Of a DNA stretch of 64,000 nucleotides, positions 24,547 through 35,357 are shown piece after piece. Numbering within the stretch: the stretch's first letter is position 1; each line of letters begins with the position of its first letter. Both the position numbers and the translations under genes were made by a program. The stretch spans positions 107,446,001 through 107,510,000 of the forward strand of contig NC_135655.1 of assembly GCF_964188315.1 (NCBI RefSeq), in the 5' to 3' direction. The stretch comes from Podarcis muralis. Its lineage: Eukaryota. A model generated the notes under the pieces. That model saw only the letters and a program-made list of their open reading frames with translations. It was not told where the DNA came from and ran no database searches.

Positions 24547-26795
24547 TCACTGACTACAACCAAACATTTTGTTCCATTCAACATATGTATCAAGCTCTTT
24601 TTGAGATATGCTAGGCTGTATCTTGCAGAAAGCATTTTCAAAGTCTTGATATGTAATGGGCCTCAACTGGCTGGGCATAATGGCTGAAAGGTCTGTGGCT
24701 GGCATGGCATGGAGTGGGCCTACTACCGCTTCCTGACACAAATGAGCAACATCTAGTCCAGAAAAGCCTTCCGTGCGCTGGACAAGCAGTGCAACCTCCT
24801 TGTCATTGAGACAGTAATTGTGCTGTGATAGCAGTTGTACTATTATCTGGTGTCTTGCTGTGCTGTCAGGAAGTGGGATTAAAAGTCGTTTCATGAAGTA
24901 CCTTCGAAGAGATTCATCTATTTCTTCCGGTTTACTGGTGGCACAAATTACTACTATTTGGTCCTCAGCAGAAGTTAGCACAGTGTCCAGCTGCATAAGG
25001 AACTCAGTTCTCATTCGACATACTGGACTGTGTTCTTCATTCACTTGGGATGAAAGTAGCACGTCAATGTCACTAACAAAAATCACTGAGGGCTGGCGAC
25101 ACCTTGCCACAAGGAAGGAGGCATGAACAATTTTTTCTCCTTCCCCTATCCACTTTGTGACAAGACCAGAGCCAGTGATTTTGAAAAACGTGGCTCCCAG
25201 CTGGCTAGCTATACATCTGCCCATTAATGTTTTGCCTGTTCCCCGAGGTCCAAACAAAAGGATGCTCCGAGGTAGAGCACTCAGCCCATTGAATGCATCT
25301 GACCTCAATACTGGCCATAAAACCTCCTCTTTAATGACAGCCTTTACCAAATCTAGGCCAGCAATGTCATTCCAGTCCACAGGAGGTCCTTGGTTGATAA
25401 TCTCATTGGTTACAAGGTCAATGAGGTGTGCGTCAGTATTTTTCAGTTGCTCGTCAACAGAGTGGTTGGATGAGGTAGCTGCACGAAGTCCTGGGCCTTG
25501 CATTGGGTGAGGAAGGAGTTGTCTATGCTCATCACTGTGTTCATTCATTACTGGAGAGCTGTACTTCCCAAATGGTTCACTTGCTCTTGACCCAAGTGAA
25601 TTTTTAGCAGTGCTGTAGGAAGGGGGTGTCAGAGCCCTACTGGACTGGCTGAATTTCCTTTGCTGTTCAGAAGCCATTATCTGTTTTGTTGGCTTAAATG
25701 CTAAGGATGGTGGTTCAGCACTCCTGTCAAAGCCATTCCCTCTGTTGGCATTTGAAATGCTGTTGTCGGGCATCCTGTACATAGGACTTTGTGTAGATCT
25801 CTGTTGGCCATAGCTGTAATTTCCATAACTGGAGTCCATTTCTCCTTGTCCTGCCATATAGAAAGCTTTTCTTTTCAGAGAACTTGCTGAACTGTTTGTC
25901 AGGGCAGAGGGTGCAATGGGCGTTAAACCATGACTCTGGTAGCTGTAACCAGGTACTGTAGTAGGGGGAAGAGGAGTTGGAGCAGGGATTCCTGAAGGCA
26001 GATATGCTGAAGGAGGAGGAGCACCACCAGGGCTATATCCAGGCCCAACAGCACTTTGAGGGGGATAACTTGCAGATGGATAGCTATAACTGGAAAGATT
26101 AGACGTTCCATTGTAGCCTGGTACTAGGGCTGGAGGGGGCGGTGGAGGTGGGGGTGGTTGTAAAAGCCCAGAACTATGCAGAGGGGATGGATGAGGTGAA
26201 GGAAGTGCAGGTGTTGGCTGGCCACTATAACTTGTATGCAAGTAAGATCCATTGTATCCTGTGGCATATTCCTGAGATGGGAGCCCTGAATGCAGACTGG
26301 GTACCGTATGACTTCCACATGTACTACTAGAATAACTAGATTCTGTCAGGTTACTAGCCACCCCAGGTGAACTCCCTATACTGGCAGAGACATCTGCTGG
26401 AGGGAGGGCAGTACTTACTCCAGCTTTGCTGGCAGTGATAACATCTGGGACACAGTTCATGGGATAAACACTCTCAGAGTTCAAAGAAGGCTGCCAGGGT
26501 TCACTTTCACTCTTGCGGCCATTCACCAGCCCTGATGGAGGCTCTGAGTAGTTACTTAGGATAGGCCGTTCAGCTGGCCCTTCCAAAATACCAGAATACT
26601 TTTCTGCATATTTTTTCAGCAGATTTGAGGCAGTTAGAGCAGAGATGTCATCATTAGCCCAAGCATACTGGTAGGTGCGTTGCAGGTGTCCACGGTAAGC
26701 TTCTACCTTGTGGGCAGGAGACCGGGTTGTTGAAGTGATGTCAAAGTGCTGCTCTGGCCACTGGGCATGCTCTGGCGTCCACTGCATCTTCAAGC
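24547..26795 (-). CDS. FIGN: Fidgetin (AAA+ ATPase, microtubule-severing family); large terminal coding exon, gene 5'-incomplete in this window
   Basis: Uninterrupted frame reading [27 protein letters not shown]...PPPPPPPP...GPRGTGKT (Walker A 25228-25251)...VIFVSDID...[10 protein letters not shown], with TGA at 24549-24547. This matches vertebrate fidgetin as I recall it. The exon starts after a polypyrimidine tract and CAG (cctcag|GCTTGAAGATG). 2249 nt here plus a 25-nt phase-1 upstream coding piece would give 757 aa. Confidence 0.97.
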
Positions 26796-26845
26796 CTGAG
26801 GATTGGGGTGGGGAGAACAAAAACAAAAAAGCCAAAATTAACAAG
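26796..26845 (-). promoter_or_regulatory. 3' splice acceptor of the FIGN coding exon (branch-point-like TTAAT, polypyrimidine tract, CAG)
   Basis: Minus strand reads gcttgttaattttggcttttttgtttttgttctccccaccccaatcctcag|G. Fidgetin-like protein sequence begins exactly here. Confidence 0.88.
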
Positions 26846-27039
26846 CGGAAAATACTGTTGCAAAGGCATCTAAATACATCCACTTGATTTCTTCATTTAT
26901 AGATATAATAATTGCTGTGCTTAAAGTCAGCAGATTATTTATACATCCAACCTGCCTGTAAAAAAAAAAAAAAAAGATCACCAGTGGCACATTTTCTTGA
27001 AAAATATATACATGCCCCCCTCTTAAAATATTCTGCTTA

Positions 27040-27130
27040 CAGTACAATCCTAACCATGTCTACTCAGAAGTAAGTAATAGTGAATTCAGTGTGGGATACT
27101 TTCACGTAACTGGGATTAGAATTGCAGTCT
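27040..27130. repeat. Short palindromic MITE-like element (caatcct...tactcagaagtaag...aggattgcag family)
   Basis: tacaatcctaaccatgtctactcagaagtaag...ttagaattgcagtct; related copies at 38205-38292 and 55971-56040. Confidence 0.6.
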
Positions 27131-29865
27131 GATTAGTTGGGGTGTGGGAATATGTGATTTAACCCAGCTGGATGTTTTAAAAGTGTAATTTGGTACATTT
27201 TTGGTATTCTGAGCATGGATTCAATGTTAAGTAACATGTTTCATACCACAAACACTCTATCTTCCCTCATCAGTTTCAGTTTTAAATTTTAACATTTTTT
27301 AAAACACACACACAGGGCGAGAGAGAGAGATGAGAGAGAGAGAGACACGACACAGCTGACAGATCACATCTAGGATACCTTTCTTATTTGGTACTGAATA
27401 CCTAGTTAGCANNNNNNNNNNNNNNNNNNNNNNNNNNNNNNNNNNNNNNNNNNNNNNNNNNNNNNNNNNNNNNNNNNNNNNNNNNNNNNNNNNNNNNNNN
27501 NNNNNNNNNNNNNNNNNNNNNNNNNNNNNNNNNNNNNNNNNNNNNNNNNNNNNNNNNNNTCATCACACAAAGCCTACAACTCGGTATGAATTACAACTGG
27601 CTGCTCTCTGCCTCACAGTTCTGTTGTTGAGGCACTGGGAGGAAGGGTGGGGGGAGAAGAAAAGAGCAAAGCCCAAGCATCACTTGTCTGCCTGCCTTTT
27701 TCACTTGCTCTCCTTTCGCCTCCCTCCTTGTTCCAAACTCTCCCTTCCCCTCCCTGCCTCTAGGGTACATAGCAGGTGGGGTGAAACGAGAAAAGGAAGA
27801 ATTAAGTGTAGTCTTCTTGCTAAAAGTTCAGCAAAAAAAGAAGAAGTGCTGGCTGTAAACAATCAGAGAATACTTAAGTAACGCAGTGTGACCAATGCAT
27901 TAGCACAATTAACCATGCCAGGGAGAGAGAGAGAAGAGAGATATTTCTTTAGTTGTAATTTGGTAAGCCATTCCAAATGGCAAATAGAGTTCACCAGCAT
28001 TAAAAAAAAAAAAGCTTCTTCAACTCTTACCTGTGTATCGCAGGCAGCATGAAGGCAAGCCTCAGCAATATCTTGCTCGTTTTACAAAAAGTGATTTTTA
28101 TTTTTTCCACCAACCTGTCTTGTACCCTTTGGCACAGATTCTCTGATAAGAAGGCTTAGAGTAAACGAAGCATTTGTGTCACGGGTTCTCTTATGAATTC
28201 TGCGGTCTATTTTTGACAGCCTGTAGCCTCCTCATCTTGCTTTTCTTCTTCCCAAACCCCTTTAGCCCTCCTTTGCCTGACTCCAGAATCTTGACATGAC
28301 CAGTTTAGCCCCGCTGAGCTAGACCTAACACAGCATACAGTTTGGTAACAGAATGGCATGTTTATTCCCTTCTGATTCCTTCTTCCTTGTTTGCACATCC
28401 GCTGCACCAGACACAGGAAGTTAANNNNNNNNNNNNNNNNNNNNNNNNNNNNNNNNNNNNNNNNNNNNNNNNNNNNNNNNNNNNNNNNNNNNNNNNNNNN
28501 NNNNNNNNNNNNNNNNNNNNNNNNNNNNNNNNNNNNNNNNNNNNNNNNNNNNNNNNNNNNNNNNTTACACAATAAATTAATAGAGCAACAGGATTAATTT
28601 GTAAATATATTTTATTGCAGTTGTGCTCATTTGTATTGGGATTATTTAGGACAGAGTTTGTTATTAAAATTCACATAGGTTTTTGGGGGTTTTTTTGCTA
28701 ACCCATGCTGTAATTTGATCTAAGAATTTCAAAAGAGCACTTGAGGTTTACCAGTTAGTATCTAAAATCATACTTTGCATAAGAATGTGTAAGATGTGCT
28801 CTAATTTAGTTTTATCTTGACAAAGATGTTGCTAACTGCCATACTTTCAACCCACATTTTCAAAATCAAATTTTAATTCATGACAGTTGGATGTTCACTC
28901 CTTCATTTTAAGATAAATCAGTAAACCTATAGTAAATATGAGGATTTAATTTCACCAAGAAAAACAGGTAAATAAATATGACAGCCATACAAAACAATTT
29001 AATTTAAATAAAATAAAATAGCCCCCCCTTTTAAAAATGTTTTATGTTTTTGATTTTGAGAGACTACAAAAACAGAGAAGGCTTCTGATTCCTTATGCAT
29101 AAGCTAAAATATTTGAACAGATTAATGCTTCAGTTGTTATGTATGGAGGGAAATATTTTTTTTAAGAACTTTAAAATTTATTCATCTGCAACCTGCCAAG
29201 CAAATGATACAAATGGTATGTAATCATGGGTATAATTTACATCTGCAAAGCTTAATTGGTAAAACATTAATTCTGGAGTTAACAAAACATGCTTTAACAC
29301 AATGGCTGCAGTCTTCCATGCATTTGTGCACTTGCCCCATTGAGGGAAGATAATCTGAATGCAGAACACAAGTTACTACTAATAATATATGGCATTTATG
29401 TAGAGTTTTAGAGCGTCCAAATTGCTTCACATGCATTAATTTCTTGCAGTTTTCATTACTGAGCCATGTTGTAGTAGTAATAACAATAGCAACAACAACA
29501 ACAACTGTAATAACTATATTATTATTTCCATTCTGGGGCTGAGATAGTGGCTTACCTAATGAGTTCATGGCAGAGGTAAAATGTGAATCAGGGACTACCT
29601 GATGCAAACAGTATGCTGCACCAAATGCAGTGTGAGCACAAAATGCTATAAAGCAACTGTGGGGGGATGCATTGAAGCCACTTCCTCAAATGGATCAGTG
29701 CCCACTATATTCTTGTACTACTCTCAATGCATCGCTTATAAATGGTATCAGTGTTATGAACCTGAAACTTTTGAGAGTTTTGTGCACTTCTTAGGCAGCG
29801 TAGGAGCAGCAATACAGAACACCACCACCCCTTAAAACGCATGCCAGATTGTACTGTCAAATATA

Positions 29866-30099
29866 CAGTGGTACCTCCGGTTACAAACTCAATTTGTTCC
29901 GGAGGTCCGTTCTTAAGCCAAAACCGTTCTTAATATGAGGTGTGCTTTCGCTAATGGGGCCTGCCGCTGCTGCTGCCTCACGATTTCCGCTCACATCCCA
30001 GGGCAAAGTTCACAACAAGGGGCATCTACTTCTGGGTTAGCGGAGCTCGTTACCCGAAGCATTCGTAAGGAGGACGGTACATGACACGAGGTTCCACTG
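29866..30099. mobile_element. Tc1/mariner-pogo MITE, copy 2 (more diverged)
   Basis: cagtggtacctc...gaggttccactg with TA on both sides; internal similarity to the 16251 copy. Confidence 0.85.
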
Positions 30100-31070
30100 T
30101 ACTGCCTTCTGGTGCAATCTGAATTAGAACTTCTGTGCATTTGCACAGATGTATAGGCATAATCTGCATCTTATAGTAGTCACTGGTAAAAAAAAAATCT
30201 CATTGATTTTAATGGAGTTACGCAATATTGCTTATCACACAGTAACTATGGGGTGGGGTTGGGGAACAGGGGAATGCAAAAGTTATTGTTTATTGTGGAA
30301 ACACTCTAACAAAGTGAACAAGCCTGTATTATGTTAAAATGTTTAGTATGACATATCAACTTTTAAAAAAACTGATCTTGAAAAGCAATTAAGTTTTTTC
30401 TGTATTTTCATTCCTCTGGTATAAATAATCACATGCATCAAAACTATTTATTTGGCATAATTACTAGTTAGCCCATTGGTTTCAGATTACTATCCTAGTT
30501 GTGAATCTGCTCACTGCACAATAATTGAAAGTTTATTTATTGGTGCATATTGAGTACCAGTACATTTAACACAGGCTGTAAAAGCAGCATTTCAGAATTA
30601 CAATATGAATTTAAGGAAACAGGACTATCCTCATAACCCAAACTTAAGCATTTGTTCTACTGCATTACAATTATTAGTGTGATTTGTAAATTAAGGGTTA
30701 ACTATAAAGCTATTATCCATAATAATATAGAGTGCACTACAACTGCCTTATCAAGTTCAAAAATAAGAAATATTACTGGTTATGGTGTTTGTTTCGTTGG
30801 CCTCTATGAAGTTGTACTGGTCAGATATTTTGGCAAGCAGCAATATTCTTTAAAAATAAGAGACATCTGGCAATCCTTTTATCAGCATGGCAATAGTGTT
30901 TCGGATAGAAAAGGCAAGCTAAGCAAACCATACTAAGGAAAAATATTAAGAAAGAAAATTAAGGAAGTGTTATTATAAAGAGCAAAGATATGAAATTGTC
31001 CAAATCTGGACAAAGAAAACATTCAACAACAGCTTTTCAGATATTATCAAATTAAAAAAAGATTCTAGGG

Positions 31071-31073
<3 letters not shown>

Positions 31074-31107
<34 letters not shown>
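31074..31107. repeat. (TG)17 microsatellite
   Basis: Seen directly. Confidence 0.9.
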
Positions 31108-31108
<1 letters not shown>

Positions 31109-32187
31109 ACAGACAATACTGTTGCAAATTCATTTTTGACTGTTGCATACAGTATTTTGTAGTGTCCTGAACTGTTGTATGGATTATGCTTAGACCAATC
31201 AGGTTTTTAAAAAATATTTTACTCTCTCTTATTTAATTTTTTTTTGGGGGGGGAGCTATTTCAAAATACTTCATGCTTTTCAAACATCATATACCATGTG
31301 CAAGCAACTTCATAATTCTCTCTCTCCCTCCCTCACTGTGTCAAAATTAACTGAAAGTAAGCGGGGGAGGGGGAATCACAGTTAAAGGCTGTCAAGGCTT
31401 AACACATCCCTACAGGACTTGTTTCAGAATCACAGCACATATGGGACCTAATCCTGCAAATGCAAACTGTCAGTTTTTCAGCTCCAAAATGACTGAACCT
31501 GTCCAGAATTTAATGTAAATCTAGAGAAAAAAGCACCTTGGTGATCATTCCGTTCAGTATGAGGCATAACAAGATAATATTTATTTTGTTGTTTTAAACT
31601 AATATAATACAACACACCACTACAAAAATATGTGTTATTTCTTAGTGTTTCTATTCAATTTACATGATTAAAGTGATTAGATTTTATAAGAAGTTAACAT
31701 CACTTAAAATATAGTAAAATAGCCAAACAGAAAAATGCAGATATCAATCGTGTTTAAATGTAGAATGAAGGAGAGAAGGAAAATGGGAGGAGAAAATCAA
31801 CCTGCATTTCTTCAACTGCATTTCATGCTGTGGGTGTTCAAACTTGTTTTGAACTGTACAAAGTATCTTGACTAGCTTTTCTGAATATGCCTTCAGAGCA
31901 AATCAAGGCAAAATAAAACAACTGCCTCTTTTCTGTGTTCTATACCCTGTTAAAGGACTCTGCTCACCTGTACATTCCATTCCTTTTAACCATGTATACA
32001 AGTGTTGCATTGAAAGAGCTGGCCCATTGAATTAAATGCAAACTAGTAAAGCTGTAAATAAGATACACATCCATCATCCATTAGAATACATGCTTTGTTC
32101 ATGAACATACCTCACCAAAGCTTTGATGTCATCTCCAAGACCTAGAGTTACCTGACCTCTGATCTCTGGAAACAACACAAGCAAGTA

Positions 32188-32402
32188 CAGTGGTACCTCG
32201 GGTTACAGATGCTTCAGGTTACAGATTCCGCTAACCCAGAAATAGTACCTAGGGTTAAGAACTTTGCTTCAGGATGAGAACAGAAATCGCGCAGCAGAAG
32301 CGGGAAGCCCCATTAGCTAAAGTGGTGCTTCAGGTTAAGAACAGTTTCAGGTTAAGAACAGACCTCTGGAATGAATTAAGTTTTTAACCCGAGGTACCAC
32401 TG
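32188..32402. mobile_element. Tc1/mariner-pogo MITE, copy 3 (opposite orientation to copy 1)
   Basis: cagtggtacctcgggtta...ttaacccgaggtaccactg flanked by TA at 32186-87 and 32403-04. Confidence 0.9.
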
Positions 32403-33374
32403 TACTAATTTCTGACAATGTGCTTCAGGTTAAATATCCACTAAAAAGTAGTCACTGGAAATAGTTGCTTCTCATGTGCACTCTTGCATGTGATGTGGGA
32501 CATGAAACATATTGGGTGGAATTCAGTGTAGTGCTATGGGAATAGCACTTGCCCGATGTACTTTCTGCTTGCCCGATGGAACAATCTCCCCTACTTTCCT
32601 TCTGTGTGCTGTTCTGGGCATTCTTCCAAAACTCTACAGTGGATTTGGGGGAGGAGAGGAGAAAAGCCCCACTGTACTACTGAGGGTCCTTTCACTCGCT
32701 TCCGCTAGTGGAATGGGTTAATTACATCTGGACAATCAAACTAGTAGACTTCAATATAATGAGGAAATGTGTAGAGCCATTGTTAGATGCAGATGCATAT
32801 CTAACACATCAACGCTTCTGTCTGGATTCAAGCCTATTTAGAAACTAGCAGATATTGCTCAGTTTTGGACCCATGTTTAACAAAATGGCACACTACACTG
32901 ATGTAGCATTCATTTTGTTCTACTAGACAGCTGTACTCTTTCTGTTCTTCAAGTATTAGGAACTATTGAAAAGACTGTACATCTAGAATACTTACTGTAA
33001 TAATTACTCTGAAGTGATTGAATGCAGACACCTGATTCTATATCAAAGGCGAACATCCATCAACTCAGATGAGGTCCCAGCGCTCAAAGATGTCAAGTAC
33101 TCTTAAGTGTTAGGCCTCATTGAGTTGAAGATGCTCAAAACCTTTAAGAATCAGGTCCTTAATAGAGACAACTCCGGTTCATAATCCTGTGCTACCAGAA
33201 GACAGGGACCAAGTCTTGCATGTGATATTTCTCTCTACAAGGTATATATACACCAAAGAGCAAAGAAAAAATTATATACTTTCCCCAAGGATTTGGCAGG
33301 TGAATGATTACCAGCAAGAGTGCACTCACACTTGCAATTTGAAACAACTATAGTTTTCTCCCACACTGACTTCT

Positions 33375-33545
33375 AGTGTAGCATAGTCGACTAGAAAATG
33401 AGTGATGGACTGGAAAGTCCCCTGGTTCTTATTTTAAATCAGTCATGAACTTGGTTGCCTTATGTCAATTTGTAACAGGTGGATAACAATACAAGTTTGA
33501 TGAAAGGTTTACAGGACTAATGCAAGTGAAGCATTTTGAGCCATT
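33375..33545 (+). mobile_element. Old, degraded MIR/CORE-like SINE
   Basis: agtgtagcatagt...ggactggaaagtcccctggttc...cagtcatgaacttggttgcctt; weak resemblance only. Confidence 0.35.
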
Positions 33546-33904
33546 TGGGAAAAAAAATACTGTATAAATATGTAATCAGTACTAATACTGTTATTGTTAA
33601 TACTGTGATGGGTAATGTTTATGCAGCCATGTCTGCTGTAAAATTTCCTTTGCCCATACAAGAGAAAATATAGTCATTATGTTATGTAAGTAGCCATGGC
33701 TGCCTTTGAAAAGAATATTCTATTAAGCTATTTGTCCTACCAAAAGGAGACCCATTGCTGCTGGCTCTTCCAGCACTTAAATAAATGCTAAAATTCTGTA
33801 TGTCACATGGAAAGCTTATAAGAGCTGATGGGGAAATCCAGCAGTAATTTTAGTATTAAACTGTTAGTATTTGATCGTTTGGTCCAAGAAGGCATAATAG
33901 GCCA

Positions 33905-34035
33905 CCTTGCTGATGCTAAGCTGGTTTGGGCCTAGTCAGTGGCTGGATGGGTAACTACATGTCCCCAGCTGTGCATTCTGTGATGGAGGAAAGGAAGAAT
34001 CTAAATGTATACTACTACTACTACTACTACTACTA
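33905..34035 (+). mobile_element. 5S rRNA-derived SINE-like relic with MIR/L2-type tail and (ACT)n
   Basis: gatgctaagctggtttgggcctagtcagtggctggatgggtaacta resembles the 5S internal control region (gaagctaagcagggtcgggcctggttagtacttggatgggagacc). It is followed by gaggaaaggaagaatctaaatgta(tac)n. Confidence 0.55.
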
Positions 34036-34651
34036 ATAGTGAAACTAAGTCAAAATAGTGTCAAAATGCTGTGGCGACAGCAGTTGGTGAACGATTAGCT
34101 CTGCTGTGGCATCTGCCCACTCCTCCCATTTTCAGTAAATTGTAGCAATGCTTGTTTTTGGAAAGCCAGGTGAACAATGCCCCGTCAGTGCCACCCTGTC
34201 AACCGCTACTGCACTGTGGATTTTTTAAACTGAAAATTGAAATAAACACATCCCTCCTGAAGGTTAACCATTCTGGAATTTGCAATTTGAGTTTCCATCA
34301 AAGGTATTCATACATACCCACTGAAGATAAGGAGTCTAATCTAGACATGTGTGACTACATGGAACCTCAGTGGCTTTAAAATGGGCATGTTGCAAGCTTT
34401 ATCCACTTCAACTTAGAAGGCCCTGTTTGCAAAGTACATGTGAAAGCAGACATATGTTTACTACAAGTAAATCTCTCCAATCTGAAAGGCACTTACTTGC
34501 ATGAAAGTTTTTAGAATTGTAGACTTCACATATTGTTCCTTCCCGCTCTAACATATTTTAATATGAAATGCACACCTTATTAACATTAACTATAATGCTG
34601 TTCTTTATTTTGTGTGGTGTGTAAAGGGACAGCTTAGAACACTATACAATG

Positions 34652-34988
34652 CAGACCCTCCAGGTGTCCCTATTTTCCAGGGACACTCATGATTTAGAGA
34701 AGCCGTCCCAGTTTCTGATTTGATCCTGGAATGTCCCACTTTTCCTTAAGGTGTCCCTATTTTCATTGGAGAAATGTTGGAGGGTTTAGACTTATCCAGC
34801 CCCCAAGGGAATCCTGTATAGGGAAGGTATTTTTTAAATGTTTAATGTTTTATTACATTTTTATGTATGTTGGAAGCTGCCCAGAGTGGCTGGGGCAACC
34901 CAGTAAGATGAGTGGGGGTATAAATAGTAAAATTATCATTACGGTATGGGATGTCCCTATTGTCATTGGAGAAATGTTGGAGGGTATG
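34652..34988. mobile_element. Composite hAT-like MITE containing an L2-type 3' tail
   Basis: Termini cagaccctcca / tggagggtatg and a perfect 7-bp flanking duplication tacaatg (34645-51, 34989-95). A 34-bp internal direct repeat (34752, 34952) brackets an L2-tail segment. Confidence 0.75.
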
Positions 34989-35165
34989 TACAATGGTGTA
35001 ATTTCACGAACACGTGCAGGACTGCATTCATGTAACTGGCTTCCTCCTTCTACCATGCTCTAACTTTACACAAGTTTTTCATATTAATATTCCCCCCCCA
35101 TTTCCCTTAAAAGATTCTTAATAATAGAATACATCTTCAGCTCTGTAGCCCTTCTGAATGCCAAA

Positions 35166-35357
35166 GGACTGTAGTGCAGTGGTATAGCATCTACTTTGCA
35201 TGCAGATGGTCACAGGTTCAATCCCTGGCATGTTGTGGAAGGGCTTGGGAATTTCCCTTATCTGAAACCCTAGATAACTGCAGCCAATCAGTACAGATAA
35301 CACTGAGCTAGATGGACCAATGGTCTGATTCAGTATAAGGCATCTGTAATGGTTCCA
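35166..35357 (+). mobile_element. tRNA-derived SINE with CR1-like 3' tail (Squam2/Anolis SINE2-like)
   Basis: A/B-box head ggactgtagtgcagtggtatagc...caggttcaatccctggc; 3' part gagctagatggaccaatggtctgattcagtataaggc. Confidence 0.8.

Larger units (their letters stand above)
2936..28564. other. Nine N-runs: 2936-3129, 6829-7676, 15363-15526, 16994-17237, 18700-18853, 19216-19355, 23693-23890, 27412-27559, 28425-28564
   Basis: Lengths 194, 848, 164, 244, 154, 140, 198, 148 and 140 nt, counted from the sequence. None occur after 28564. Confidence 0.95.

Noticed and set aside
24818-26330. Plus-strand and alternative-frame ORFs overlapping FIGN
   Set aside because: Shadows of the real CDS, with no recognisable protein features.
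26796-26883. ORF-track start [29 protein letters not shown] for the 778-aa ORF
   Set aside because: This is the intronic polypyrimidine tract read in frame. Fidgetin similarity starts only after the CAG acceptor at 26796.
33905-33960. 5S rRNA gene
   Set aside because: Only a diverged partial match followed by a retroposon-type tail.
35166-35240. tRNA gene (also at 4830-4893, 13435-13500 and 53256-53330)
   Set aside because: These are tRNA-like SINE heads fused to SINE bodies, with no complete cloverleaf.
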